Assembly: GCA_964583625.1 (NCBI GenBank)
Contig: CAZOVA010000002.1
Span: 29,452-93,451 of the forward strand
Source of the DNA: an uncultured Pseudomonadales bacterium
GTDB lineage: Bacteria; Patescibacteriota; Microgenomatia; UBA1400; PJMF01
Length of the DNA stretch: 64,000 nucleotides
Direction: 5' to 3'
How positions within the stretch are numbered: position 1 is the stretch's first letter; the number at the start of each line of letters is the position of its first letter. Positions 19,657 through 29,179 of the stretch are shown here, piece after piece. The notes below the pieces were generated by a model that was given only the letters and a program-made list of their open reading frames with translations, was not told the DNA's origin and did not search any database. A program made the position numbers and the translations under genes.

Positions 19657-20645
19657 TCAAAATAGATTTTTTTAGATCAAAAGTAGTTATAGTAACTGGT
19701 GCAGCTGGGTTTATAGGTTCGCATCTTTGCGACTGGCTTTTGGCCATGGGAGCAGTGGTGGTGGGCGTGGACAATTTTATTACTGGTCAAGAAAAAAATT
19801 TAACTGCCTGCCGAAAGAAGCCCAACTTTGATTTTTTCAACACTGATTTGAATGAAGAAGCCGCCCTAAAACAAATGCTCAACCAAGTTTTATCGAAAAG
19901 GGGAAGAATTGACGCGATTTTACATTTTGCTTCTCCTGCCTCTCCTCCACTCTATCAAAAATATCCGACTCAAACTTATTTGGTTAACACTTTGGCCTTA
20001 CATAATTTATTAACTTTTTTGCATGATCATCAGCCAGAGGCAAGATTGCTTTTTGCAGGTACCAGTGAGGCTTATGGCACTCCCTTAGAACATCCGCAAA
20101 AGGAAAGTTATTGGGGTAATGTTAATCCTAATGGTTTGCGCAGTTGCTATGATGAAAGCAAACGTTTGGGAGAAACGATTTGCGGGGTTTTTTACCGCGA
20201 TTTTAATTTAGACACTAGGATTGTCAGAATCTTTAATACCTATGGCCCAAGAATGAGCCTGGAAGACGGTCGAATTTTACCCCAATTTATTAGTCAATAT
20301 TTGAGTGACAAGAAACTCACCGTTTATGGTGATGGTCAACAAACTCGTTCTTATTGCTATATAGATGATCTAGTGAGAGGAATTCTAACCTTTTTAGCAA
20401 AAACAACTTTGGCCGGAGAAACTATTAATTTAGGTAATGATGATGAATTTACTGTTTTGCAAACAGCTGAGCTTTTCAATCAAGCAGTCGGTCGGGAAAA
20501 AGATTATTATGAATTCGCCTCCTTACCTCAAGATGACCCTCCACGTCGACAACCAGATTTAAGTAAAGCCAAAAAATTACTCGATTATCAACCTAAAACA
20601 AAATTTGTTCATGGTTTAAAAAAGATGATAGAAAGTTATCAATGA
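19653..20645 (+). CDS. NAD-dependent sugar-nucleotide epimerase/dehydratase, UDP-glucuronate decarboxylase (UXS)-like
   Basis: Rossmann GxxGxxG (VTGAAGFIGSHLCDWL), VGVDNFITGQEKNL, YxxxK region. ATGA start/stop overlap with the upstream ATPase gene. Confidence 0.75.
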   Translation: MIKIDFFRSKVVIVTGAAGFIGSHLCDWLLAMGAVVVGVDNFITGQEKNLTACRKKPNFDFFNTDLNEEAALKQMLNQVLSKRGRIDAILHFASPASPPLYQKYPTQTYLVNTLALHNLLTFLHDHQPEARLLFAGTSEAYGTPLEHPQKESYWGNVNPNGLRSCYDESKRLGETICGVFYRDFNLDTRIVRIFNTYGPRMSLEDGRILPQFISQYLSDKKLTVYGDGQQTRSYCYIDDLVRGILTFLAKTTLAGETINLGNDDEFTVLQTAELFNQAVGREKDYYEFASLPQDDPPRRQPDLSKAKKLLDYQPKTKFVHGLKKMIESYQ

Positions 20646-21361
20646 GAATTAACTCTGAACGTCAAGCTTTTAACCCCGATTACACTCAAGAAAGAATAAT
20701 CAAACCTCATTCCTTGAAAGAAAGGCTCAAAGGCGTTTTTGCGGCTAGTTTTGAGAAAAAGAGGCAAAAAAGAGAGCAGGATCAAGATCAAGAACTCTTT
20801 TCCCGTTTGGAAAGACAGTTATTTCAAGCTGAAGATGAGGGGAAAAATTATAGTGAAATTGCCACCGAGATGATTGATCAGACCACCAATTTGAAAGAAC
20901 TTAAAGCAGTGTTATTTACTTTAACGGAGCTGCGTGGAGAAGGTGGCACTTATGGTCAAGACGAACAGATGCATTTTTTTGCGCAAACGATTGAAAGATT
21001 GGAAATGGCGGACGGAAAAGAAGAGGTGGCAGACTTGCTGGCTGGTTTGACTCAAGACTATGGTCTTCAAGAAAAAGCAGAAAAATTAATCGTCAAATAC
21101 AAAATTGAAAGCAAACTCGCCCGAGAAGGAGTTTTTGTGCCAGGAACAGAGATAAAAATTAAGAAAATTGCTGGAGACAGTCAAGCCGTCCGAGAAGGAG
21201 GGATTGTTTATTCGACAATCACCAATCATATCTCTCTTGATCAGCCCCTCTTAACTCAAGACTTCCGAACTTCTCGGATTGTTGAAATTGCAGATCATAC
21301 GGACACTCTCTTTATTAAAACAGAAAGCGGATCAGTTTATCGATTGACAGTAGCCAAATAA
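20642..21361 (+). CDS. hypothetical protein
   Basis: 239 aa, soluble, no recognised motif. ATGA overlap with the preceding gene implies co-translation. Confidence 0.4.
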   Translation: MRINSERQAFNPDYTQERIIKPHSLKERLKGVFAASFEKKRQKREQDQDQELFSRLERQLFQAEDEGKNYSEIATEMIDQTTNLKELKAVLFTLTELRGEGGTYGQDEQMHFFAQTIERLEMADGKEEVADLLAGLTQDYGLQEKAEKLIVKYKIESKLAREGVFVPGTEIKIKKIAGDSQAVREGGIVYSTITNHISLDQPLLTQDFRTSRIVEIADHTDTLFIKTESGSVYRLTVAK

Positions 21362-21381
21362 ATTAGAAAAAATTAAGATTT

Positions 21382-22317
21382 ATGCCTAAAACTAGAAAAG
21401 ATTATTATAAAGTAGCTATTGTGGGAGCAGGCAAAGTGGGAATGACTTCGGCCTATGCCCTTTTGCTTTCAGGAGTGGCTCACGAAATCATTTTATTTGG
21501 TCGCGATGTCAGTAAACTTTTAGGTGAAAAGTTGGATTTAGAGCACGCGATGGCCTTGACCAATAAAACAAAAATCACTGCCAGTGATGATTTTAATGAT
21601 CTCGCAGAAAGCGATGTGGTAGTTTTTAGTGCGGGTGCTGCCCAAGAACCGGGAGAGACTCGTTTACAGTTGGCAGAAAAAAACTTAGCTATTTTAGAGA
21701 AAATGCTTCCCCCGATTATGGCAGCTGCTCCTCAAGCGGTAGTTTTAATCGTTACCAATCCAGTGGATATTTTGACTTATCGCGCTCAAGAAATTATTGG
21801 TACGCCAGTCGGTCAAATTTTTGGGTCGGGAACAACTCTAGACACCGCTAGATTTCGTTTTCATTTGAGTGAATTTCTCAATGTCAATCCTCGAAGTATC
21901 CACACCTATGTTTTAGGAGAGCATGGCGACAGTAGTTTTCCGCTGATTTCCAGTGCTAGTATCGGCGGGCAGAGCCTCAGTAGTTTCCCTGGTTTCTCTT
22001 TGGAGAAAACCCAAACAGCCTATCAGAGGGCGCGGGAGGCAGCTTATGAAATCATCAATAGTAAAGGAGCAACTTTTTATGGCATTGGAGCAGCGGTGAC
22101 AACAATTGTCAAGGCAGTTATTAGGCAAGCGCAAACAGTTTTGCCTGTTAGTTTGCCAGTTTCAGACTATTATGGCGTCAATAATGTGGCTTTATCCTTG
22201 CCAGCGATTATTGGTCGAGGAGGAGTGCAGCAGGTGATTCACCCTAGTTTGGATGAAAAAGAGCAAGCCCAGTTACAGCAAAGCGCCGCTAGTTTACAAA
22301 GTTATTTAACTAGGTAA
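21382..22317 (+). CDS. ldh: L-lactate dehydrogenase
   Basis: VAIVGAGKVGMTSAY, IVTNPVDILTY, GEHGDSSFP. Gln in the substrate-specificity position (GAAQEPGETR) favours LDH over MDH. Confidence 0.8.
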   Translation: MPKTRKDYYKVAIVGAGKVGMTSAYALLLSGVAHEIILFGRDVSKLLGEKLDLEHAMALTNKTKITASDDFNDLAESDVVVFSAGAAQEPGETRLQLAEKNLAILEKMLPPIMAAAPQAVVLIVTNPVDILTYRAQEIIGTPVGQIFGSGTTLDTARFRFHLSEFLNVNPRSIHTYVLGEHGDSSFPLISSASIGGQSLSSFPGFSLEKTQTAYQRAREAAYEIINSKGATFYGIGAAVTTIVKAVIRQAQTVLPVSLPVSDYYGVNNVALSLPAIIGRGGVQQVIHPSLDEKEQAQLQQSAASLQSYLTR

Positions 22318-22357
22318 ATAATATTTATATTTAAGTCTTGTTTTCTTTGTCTATTTA

Positions 22358-22366
22358 TGGTATAAT
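22358..22366 (+). promoter_or_regulatory. extended -10 element TGGTATAAT
   Basis: Perfect TGnTATAAT at 22358-22366, about 10 nt upstream of the GTG at 22376. Confidence 0.3.
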
Positions 22367-22375
22367 GGATAGTTT

Positions 22376-22579
22376 GTGACAGAAAAATTAAGAAAAAATA
22401 CTTCTTTAGTCTGGTCGTTATTACTTGTTTTAACGGGTTTTTTTGCCTTATTTTTAATGAAAAAAGTAGAGGTTCAGGCCGAAAAAACTTTGCCCTTCTC
22501 TCCCCTAGTAGAGACCACTGAGCAAAGCTTGGAAGCTGGACAAAGTGGCAGAATAGAACACTTGACTAGCAATAGGTGA
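22376..22579 (+). CDS. hypothetical small membrane protein
   Basis: 67 aa with one TM (LVWSLLLVLTGFFALFL). GTG start very close to the -10 element. Weak support. Confidence 0.25.
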   Translation: MTEKLRKNTSLVWSLLLVLTGFFALFLMKKVEVQAEKTLPFSPLVETTEQSLEAGQSGRIEHLTSNR

Positions 22580-22638
22580 TATGATATCTTATTGAGACTA
22601 AAAAATAATAAATTTAATAAAAATTTTAGAAAGTAAAC

Positions 22639-22875
22639 ATGACCCCCTTACCAAAGAATAAAATCACTAGAGTCGAAAGAGGAAAAAGACGTCGAGGCAA
22701 TACTCCCAAACTAGTGAAAAACAGCAAAACTGCCAAAATCCCTCTTCACAAAGATAAAATTGTTCAAAAACTAAAAATGGTTTTAAAGCCAACTAAAAAA
22801 ATTGATGAGAAGGCTCAAAAACTAGAGTTAGCTTCTAAATTAGGTAAGAAGAAACCAATTAAAAAAAGTAAATAA
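22639..22875 (+). CDS. hypothetical highly basic small protein
   Basis: 78 aa, about 35% Lys/Arg. Sits immediately upstream of nusB. No ribosomal-protein family recognised by eye. Confidence 0.3.
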   Translation: MTPLPKNKITRVERGKRRRGNTPKLVKNSKTAKIPLHKDKIVQKLKMVLKPTKKIDEKAQKLELASKLGKKKPIKKSK

Positions 22876-22883
22876 AGGTTCTT

Positions 22884-23300
22884 ATGGAGCAAGAAGAGCA
22901 ACAAGAGCCACAAGCCCAAAAGGAGGTCGTTGACAGGCGTCATGCCGAGAGGATGGCTTTATTACAAGCTCTTTTTGTTGATGAGTTTCCTGGTCAGAGT
23001 TGGGAATATTTAGATATTAATTTTAATCAGAAAATTTTGGCAGAAATTCGTCAACACAAAGCTGAGTATGATCAAGAAATCGCCACAGTCGCACAAAAAA
23101 GACCTTTGCCAGAATTGGCCAAAATAGATTTAGCTATCTTGCGCCTCATTTTACATGAAAGCAAAACTAAAAAAACTCCACCAAAAGTTTTAATTGATGA
23201 AGGGGTGGAATTAGCCAAAGAATTTGGCGGTGAGAACTCTTATGCCTTCGTCAATGCTGTCTTAGAAAAACTACTTTTGAAAGAGAAAAAAAGTGCCTAA
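22884..23300 (+). CDS. nusB: transcription antitermination factor NusB
   Basis: RRHAERMALLQALF..., IDEGVELAKEFGGENSYAFVNAVLEKL match the NusB helical fold motifs. Confidence 0.75.
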   Translation: MEQEEQQEPQAQKEVVDRRHAERMALLQALFVDEFPGQSWEYLDINFNQKILAEIRQHKAEYDQEIATVAQKRPLPELAKIDLAILRLILHESKTKKTPPKVLIDEGVELAKEFGGENSYAFVNAVLEKLLLKEKKSA

Positions 23301-23589
23301 TCCCAAAGAAAAACAAAACCAAGCAAATCGTAGCCGAGAAGATATTTTTAATTTATTGCGGCAAACATTGATAGAACTGACTGATAATCAAGCGAATGAT
23401 ATTCGCTATGATTCGCTCATTTTTAATGAACTTAATTTGACAGAATTTGATTTGCAAAGAATTATCAAAAAGATTGGCACACAAATTGAGATTGATATTG
23501 ACAATTTACTAGATGACGCCAATCGTGAAGAGATAGTCACTATCTCTGACTTAATTGATTTAATTGTTGACGAGAAGGATTTAGGTTGA
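23293..23589 (+). CDS. acpP: acyl carrier protein-like
   Basis: DSL phosphopantetheine-attachment motif (IRYDSLIFNELNLTEFDL) in a ~98-aa acidic 4-helix protein. Conserved acpP-rnc adjacency. Confidence 0.55.
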   Translation: MPNPKEKQNQANRSREDIFNLLRQTLIELTDNQANDIRYDSLIFNELNLTEFDLQRIIKKIGTQIEIDIDNLLDDANREEIVTISDLIDLIVDEKDLG

Positions 23590-24269
23590 TGTCGACAACT
23601 CTATTGCCCAAATTTCAAGACAAAAAATTATTGCAAACAGCGCTAACTCATCGTAGTCTTCTCAATGAAAGACATCAGGAGCAAATGCAATCCAATGAAA
23701 GATTGGAATATCTAGGTGATGCCGTTTTAGAACTAATTGTGACGGAATTCCTCTATCAACGCTTACCAACCACTCCAGAAGGCCAATTGACGGCTATTAG
23801 AAGCGCCCTGGTGAAGACCACTACTTTGAGCGCCGTAGGCAAAGAATTAGATTTAGGCAAGCAATTATTATTGAGCAAAGGTGAAGAAAGTTCTGGCGGT
23901 CGAGAGAATGAAACGCTGATTGCCGACACGGTAGAGGCTCTAATTGGCGCTTTGTATTTAGATCAGGGATTACCAGTCACTAGAGACTTTATTCACCGAA
24001 TGATTTTGGTCAGGTTTGAAGAGGTGATGGAAAAAAAACTCTACAAAGATTCCAAAAGCACTCTGCAAGAAGAAGTACAAGCCTATGGCTTTGAGACCCC
24101 TGTTTATCAAGTAATTGAAGAAACTGGACCAGATCATGAAAAATCGTTTGTGGTCGCTGTTTTTGTTAACGGCAAGCAAGTTGGGCTGGGACAAGGAAAG
24201 AGCAAACAAAATGCGCAACAATTAGCTGCTTTGCAAGCTCTTAATGATCACGATTTTTCAAAATGGTAG
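23586..24269 (+). CDS. rnc: ribonuclease III
   Basis: RNase III signature ERLEYLGDAVLELIVTEFLY plus C-terminal dsRBD (KSTLQEEVQ...GKSKQNAQQLAALQAL). Confidence 0.9.
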   Translation: MMSTTLLPKFQDKKLLQTALTHRSLLNERHQEQMQSNERLEYLGDAVLELIVTEFLYQRLPTTPEGQLTAIRSALVKTTTLSAVGKELDLGKQLLLSKGEESSGGRENETLIADTVEALIGALYLDQGLPVTRDFIHRMILVRFEEVMEKKLYKDSKSTLQEEVQAYGFETPVYQVIEETGPDHEKSFVVAVFVNGKQVGLGQGKSKQNAQQLAALQALNDHDFSKW

Positions 24270-24381
24270 TTCTTTCTTGAAGAGAAATCTCTCACAGAAA
24301 GAAAAGAATAAGAAAAAAGGCGAAAATATAGTATAATACAACTTCTTAAAAAGCATTTAAAATGAAGATTAGAAAAAACCT

Positions 24382-24831
24382 ATGTTGAGAATCAAACTTA
24401 CTCGAATTGGCAAAACAGCCGAGCCTCGTTACCGAATTGTTGTCAATGAACAAAGGGATAAGAGAGACGGTCTTTATGTTGTCAGTTTGGGTTTTTATCA
24501 ACCAGCTGAGAAACCAAAAAAATTGGAGCTTGACCTAAAAGCTTATGATCAATGGTTGAAGAAAGGCGCTCAGCCGACTCCGACAGTCGCTTTTTTAGCT
24601 GAAGTAGTGAGAAAAGGCAAGGGTTTTCCTGAGGGAAAACCAAAATTGAGTAAAAAAGCCAAAGCTAAGGCGGCGGCTGCTACTGAGAGTAAAGAAGAAA
24701 AAGCCTCTGCCACCAAAGCAGAAATCAAGGAGGACTCTGAACAAACTGCTCCAGTTGTCGAGAAAGAAGTCAAAAAAGAAGAAACTAAAGTAAAATCAGA
24801 AGAAAAGAAAGAAGTAGAAGCAAAGGAATAA
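24382..24831 (+). CDS. rpsP: 30S ribosomal protein S16 with a Lys/Glu-rich C-terminal extension
   Basis: MLRIKLTRIGKTAEPRYRIVV... canonical S16 N-terminus, followed by ~70 aa of KE/A-rich low-complexity tail. Confidence 0.9.
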   Translation: MLRIKLTRIGKTAEPRYRIVVNEQRDKRDGLYVVSLGFYQPAEKPKKLELDLKAYDQWLKKGAQPTPTVAFLAEVVRKGKGFPEGKPKLSKKAKAKAAAATESKEEKASATKAEIKEDSEQTAPVVEKEVKKEETKVKSEEKKEVEAKE

Positions 24832-24899
24832 AGGTTTGTAGCCTACGCTAGGCGGGGTTAGAATTACAAACCAGAAAAATTATAGAAAGGTTATTTTTT

Positions 24900-25250
24900 A
24901 TGAAGGAACTTTTGCAGTACATGATCGAGGGTTTAGTTAATCATCCCGAAGACATTGTTATTGATGAGCAAGTTTTACCAGACGGACTGATTATTTTATC
25001 AATTTCAGCCAATCAAGAGGATTATGGTCGAATCATTGGTCGTCAGGGTATGCTCATCCGCTCTCTGCGAACTATCATCAAGGCTCGAGCGATCAAAGAA
25101 CAAAAGAAAGTCATGGTGAGAGTGATGACTGAAGATGAAGACAAAAAAAGCGAAGCTCCAGAAGGACAAGCAGTCGCTGAAAAAACTGAGAATCAAGAAT
25201 CAGTGGCGGATGTTGTCGACGAAAAAGCTTTGGATGACAGTCTGATTTAA
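24900..25250 (+). CDS. KH-domain RNA-binding protein (YlqC/UPF0109-like)
   Basis: GRIIGRQGMLIRSLRTII KH GXXG motif. Conserved position after rpsP. Confidence 0.75.
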   Translation: MKELLQYMIEGLVNHPEDIVIDEQVLPDGLIILSISANQEDYGRIIGRQGMLIRSLRTIIKARAIKEQKKVMVRVMTEDEDKKSEAPEGQAVAEKTENQESVADVVDEKALDDSLI

Positions 25251-25274
25251 TATTTTTATAATTTAAATAAATTT

Positions 25275-25304
25275 AAGGCTAGAGAAAAACTCTAGCCTTT
25301 TTTA
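25275..25304 (+). terminator. rho-independent terminator between convergent KH gene and pilO-like gene
   Basis: aaggctagag-aaaaac-tctagcctt hairpin followed by ttttt. Confidence 0.5.
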
Positions 25305-25307
25305 GAT

Positions 25308-26198
25308 CTATTCTGTAGTAGGAACGGGCGTTGGAGAAACAGGTGGAGAGGAAGGAAGACCCTCCCCTTCTCGAGCAGCCTCCTGATTTTCAGTTTCCAT
25401 TGTTTGAAGAACATTACTACTGAAGATATCAGCCTTACCGCCAATTAAATCTTTTTGATCTAAAATATCCAAACGAGGAATAACAAAATCTTCCAGTCGC
25501 TCCAAAGTTTCTTTCTCTTTGTCTCCAAAAACAGGTAAGTCTTCTCCTAAGCTAGCAACTAGATTGGGCGTGTAATAATGGGTCATGATTTCTATTTTTG
25601 CTCGAGCATGTCCTTGTAAACTATTACTGATTTCTACAAAAGCAATACTGCTTAAAGGAGCAGTCTTTTCCAAACGATGAAGAAACTGAGTTAACTGATC
25701 ATAACTGCCTCTAGCTTCGATAAAAATAGTAAAACCTTGATTTTGTTGAGCATTGAGACTTCTAGCCACGGCAGTGATCGGTCTTCCAGTGGAAAATTGA
25801 GCTGAGGGAGTAGCAATTAATCCTGGAGAGTATTCAAAGCGATCAAAAGTTACTTTCTGTTCATTACCTAGCTGAGTCAAAGCATGTAAAATAGCTAAAA
25901 AGGGGTTGTTGTCATAAAGAATCTGATCTACTTTCTCTATCTGAGCCAAATCAATGTCTTGAGCTAAATTTTGTATTCTGATGAACTTATCATTCAAGTT
26001 TTGCAAAGCAATTTCTTCTTCCTTGATCTGATTTTTTTGGTTGAAAAAACCATTCACCTTGGGCATGATGCCAAAAAAGAGCAAAGCTAATAAACCAATA
26101 AACAAAAAGAGAGATATGAGGAGATAACCTCGGTGACCGATAGTTTTTAGTTCAGCACTTAAGTCTTGAGTTTGTTGTTTTAAGTTTTTTATTGCCAT
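25308..26198 (-). CDS. pilO: type IV pilus assembly protein PilO-like
   Basis: Single N-terminal TM, coiled-coil, periplasmic domain, Pro-rich C-terminus. Position after pilM-pilN. Confidence 0.55.
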   Translation of the reverse strand: MAIKNLKQQTQDLSAELKTIGHRGYLLISLFLFIGLLALLFFGIMPKVNGFFNQKNQIKEEEIALQNLNDKFIRIQNLAQDIDLAQIEKVDQILYDNNPFLAILHALTQLGNEQKVTFDRFEYSPGLIATPSAQFSTGRPITAVARSLNAQQNQGFTIFIEARGSYDQLTQFLHRLEKTAPLSSIAFVEISNSLQGHARAKIEIMTHYYTPNLVASLGEDLPVFGDKEKETLERLEDFVIPRLDILDQKDLIGGKADIFSSNVLQTMETENQEAAREGEGLPSSPPVSPTPVPTTE

Positions 26199-26202
26199 AA
26201 AT

Positions 26203-26748
26203 TTATAACTTCAAATCCACATCTAAGGTATAGGTGCCATCACCTGAGCGACTGAGAGATAACAACTCTACTTGTTGATATTGTTGGCGAAATTCTTCTG
26301 CTTGAACTAGAGCAAAAAGCTCCTTAAGAGAAAAAACACTATTACAGGTAAGCGTGAGTTCGATGCTGGTGAGATAATAGTCATAAATGCTTTTGCGAAT
26401 CGCCACGTTCTGAGTAGTGAAATACTCAAAGGTTTGAATTAGTGATTGCGTGCCATGAGTTTGCTTAGTCAAAATTTCATCAGTTTTTTGCAATTTACTA
26501 TGAAAAGAAAGATATCTTCTTTCCTGTTTATCTCCATCAAGCAAAGCTTGTTCAATTCTTTGTTGCTCATTGGCTAAAGCAGCTAGTTTCTTTTTGTAGT
26601 AATTTTCTACTACTAGCAAAGCAATAAAAATTAAGACGACAATCGTCGTAAAAATAGCAATGAAAAAGAAAGACTTCTTATCACTCTGATCTCGTGATTC
26701 TAAAAGACTTTTATTTTGGTGAAGAAAATTAATTTCTCTTTGGCTCAT
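26203..26748 (-). CDS. pilN: type IV pilus assembly protein PilN
   Basis: Short cytoplasmic N-terminus (EINFL), one TM, periplasmic domain. Immediately downstream of pilM. Confidence 0.6.
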   Translation of the reverse strand: MSQREINFLHQNKSLLESRDQSDKKSFFFIAIFTTIVVLIFIALLVVENYYKKKLAALANEQQRIEQALLDGDKQERRYLSFHSKLQKTDEILTKQTHGTQSLIQTFEYFTTQNVAIRKSIYDYYLTSIELTLTCNSVFSLKELFALVQAEEFRQQYQQVELLSLSRSGDGTYTLDVDLKL

Positions 26749-26761
26749 AAATTAAATACGC

Positions 26762-27778
26762 TTACTTTTTCTTAGCTAATCCAACGGCAATAGGATATAA
26801 AAGGTGATCTTTTTCTGGAATATTGCCACCAATATTACTAAAAATACCCAAAGGATTGATCTCTAAGTTGAAATTGACCGCCAAAAGCTCTGGGAAGCCT
26901 GGCATCATTGAGCCGCCACCCGCAAAATAAATATGAGTGATATGACTTAAATTATTTTTACTATTGTAGAAAGCCACAGTATTTTTAATATCACTGATAA
27001 TCATTTGAGCGATTGGCTCAATCGCTTTGGCGATTTTGCCGTCGAAATGTCTTTTGTCAATACCATAAGCTTTTTTGTATTCTTCCGCTTTATCTCTAGG
27101 GAGATTAAAAGCTGTCATGAGAGACTTAGTAATCATTTCGCTTCCATTTTGGTGGGCAATGGATAAGTTGAGTTCATTGTTTTTCACAATGGCTAAATCC
27201 AAACCACTAGCGCCAAAATTGATCACCATTTGGGTTGATTCTCCAGTTTGTTGGGGTAAATGACGCAAAGTAGAGATAGTCTCAGTTTCTAATAAACTAG
27301 GCTCAACTCCCGCAATTTTGCAAGCAGCCAAAAGATGGTCAAGGTTTTGTCGATGAATACCAATCAGAAGAACCCTCATATTAGTAACCGCTTCATCTTT
27401 TTTTTCTGGACGAAATAAGACCTGATAACTAAGAACTAAATCTTCTTTGGGAATAGGAATATATTGTTGGGCTTGCCACTGGATAGAGGTGGCCAACTCA
27501 ACATCAGTCAGGGTAGGGATATCGATAATTTGCGTAGAAGTGAGTTTTTCTGGCATAGCCAAGCGCAAACCAATGCGTGGCAGTTTATGTTGAGTGAAAA
27601 TATCTTCTAGATAACTAGCAAAAGCCGCTACTTGCTTTTGATCATTGGGAACAGAAAAACCTAAAACATTTTCTACCACTAAGGTTTTTTCCAATTCTTG
27701 TTTTTTATTAACAATAGCGATTTTAGTTAGGCTACTTCCCAAGTCAAGGCAGGCAGTACTATTTTGACTTTCGAACAT
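26762..27778 (-). CDS. pilM: type IV pilus assembly ATPase-fold protein PilM
   Basis: Actin/FtsA-like fold motifs (CLDLGSSLTKIAIV..., GIDKRHFDG, YFAGGGSMMPGF). Confidence 0.8.
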   Translation of the reverse strand: MFESQNSTACLDLGSSLTKIAIVNKKQELEKTLVVENVLGFSVPNDQKQVAAFASYLEDIFTQHKLPRIGLRLAMPEKLTSTQIIDIPTLTDVELATSIQWQAQQYIPIPKEDLVLSYQVLFRPEKKDEAVTNMRVLLIGIHRQNLDHLLAACKIAGVEPSLLETETISTLRHLPQQTGESTQMVINFGASGLDLAIVKNNELNLSIAHQNGSEMITKSLMTAFNLPRDKAEEYKKAYGIDKRHFDGKIAKAIEPIAQMIISDIKNTVAFYNSKNNLSHITHIYFAGGGSMMPGFPELLAVNFNLEINPLGIFSNIGGNIPEKDHLLYPIAVGLAKKK

Positions 27779-27781
27779 AAT

Positions 27782-28495
27782 TTATCCTCCCTGTTCTATA
27801 CTCAAATTACCCTCACCCGCAAATAAAGCATAATCTAGAACTGAAGGAGCGGCTGGTTCAGTTTGTCTTTGCTCTACCACTCTCACTTGTTCTCCAGTAA
27901 AGTCATCTTTAGCTGCCGAGCGAGTGATGCTGGTTAAGCCAGCAATTCTTAAGTGGGTCCCACTAAAAAGAGCTTTAATTCTTACAATACCGCCCTCAAT
28001 ACCCAAATTTTCATATTTATTTTTATAAGGGCTGGTCCCCACCTCCGAGTTGACATAACCTTCACGATCACAACTGGTGCCATTACCAGTGACGTACTCA
28101 TAACTTAAGAGCTCATTGTTTTTATAGTGACTAATAATCAAGGCTGGGTGTTTTCCATCAACTCCTGGGTCATTACAGTTAACATTGATATTCCAGTCGA
28201 TTTGCGGTAATTTTGAAGTGCCAAGAGCCAGCTCAACCGTTTCCCCAGCACCTAGCTGAATAGTATTGTCACCAGTAATACTGCTAACTGACAATAGAGG
28301 GTTAGCGCCCGAACCTGTTTCTAAACCACCTTCAGCTAAATTGAAGGCTTTACTAGATTCTCGTCTTTCTGCTTCTTGGGCTGCCTCTCTCGTTATCCGA
28401 GTGGAGATGGCCACTCCGATAGCTAAAAGAATAGTAGTTAAAATAACAGCGATCGCGCCAATTTGGGCTTGATGTATACGACGGTTTTTTTGCAT
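27782..28495 (-). CDS. PilX_N-like membrane-anchored pilus-associated protein (putative minor pilin/assembly factor)
   Basis: Basic N-terminus, hydrophobic helix (IGAIAVILTTILLAIGVAI), then ...AFNLAEGGLE resembling the PilX N-terminal domain (AEAGL motif). First gene of the pilMNO cluster. Confidence 0.4.
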   Translation of the reverse strand: MQKNRRIHQAQIGAIAVILTTILLAIGVAISTRITREAAQEAERRESSKAFNLAEGGLETGSGANPLLSVSSITGDNTIQLGAGETVELALGTSKLPQIDWNINVNCNDPGVDGKHPALIISHYKNNELLSYEYVTGNGTSCDREGYVNSEVGTSPYKNKYENLGIEGGIVRIKALFSGTHLRIAGLTSITRSAAKDDFTGEQVRVVEQRQTEPAAPSVLDYALFAGEGNLSIEQGG

Positions 28496-28692
28496 ATTAA
28501 TATCTTAGACTATTTTTTTAAAAAAAGCAAGTAAAAAAAAGGAAAATTATTTCATAAAAAGAGAGCAAGAGTCCTTAGCGAGCTTTGTTATTTGATAAAT
28601 TTTTTATTTATCTTAATATTTTAGTGACTGGGAATTTATTTTTTTTAAGTAAAATATTTCTTTGATTTTCTCATGTTATAATAACCTTCAAT

Positions 28693-29172
28693 ATGAAGAA
28701 AATTACCCAATCTCAGACTAAATTAACCAAAAGTAGTTATGAAAGTCTCCAGCAGGAGCTAAAAGATTTGCAAGAAAATCAATTACCAGAGGTAATTGAG
28801 AGAATCGCCAAAGCTCGTGAGCAGGGAGATTTATCAGAAAACAGCGAATACAAGGACGCCAAAGATCAGCAGGAACTTTTGCAGGTCAGAATTGACGAGA
28901 TTGCTGCTATTTTAAGTCAGGCGGAGATCGTCAAAGAAGCTAGTGGAGGAAACAAAATTGGAATTGGCTCGGTGGTGACTTTGGTCGATGAAGAAAAAAA
29001 ACAGACAATTTATACAATCGTCAGCGAGTTTGATAATGCGGCGGCGACTAGTAACACTATCTCTGCTGTCTCTCCGATTGGCTCAGTTTTATTGCATAAA
29101 GAAGTAGGCGACAAAGCCTGCGCCCAAACACCCGTGGGCGAAAAATGTTTCAAAATTAAAGCCATCAAGTAA
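28693..29172 (+). CDS. greA: transcription elongation factor GreA
   Basis: LTKSSYESLQQEL..., GDLSENSEYKDAKDQQ (acidic finger), C-terminal FKBP-like domain. Confidence 0.9.
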   Translation: MKKITQSQTKLTKSSYESLQQELKDLQENQLPEVIERIAKAREQGDLSENSEYKDAKDQQELLQVRIDEIAAILSQAEIVKEASGGNKIGIGSVVTLVDEEKKQTIYTIVSEFDNAAATSNTISAVSPIGSVLLHKEVGDKACAQTPVGEKCFKIKAIK

Positions 29173-29179
29173 GGATTTT

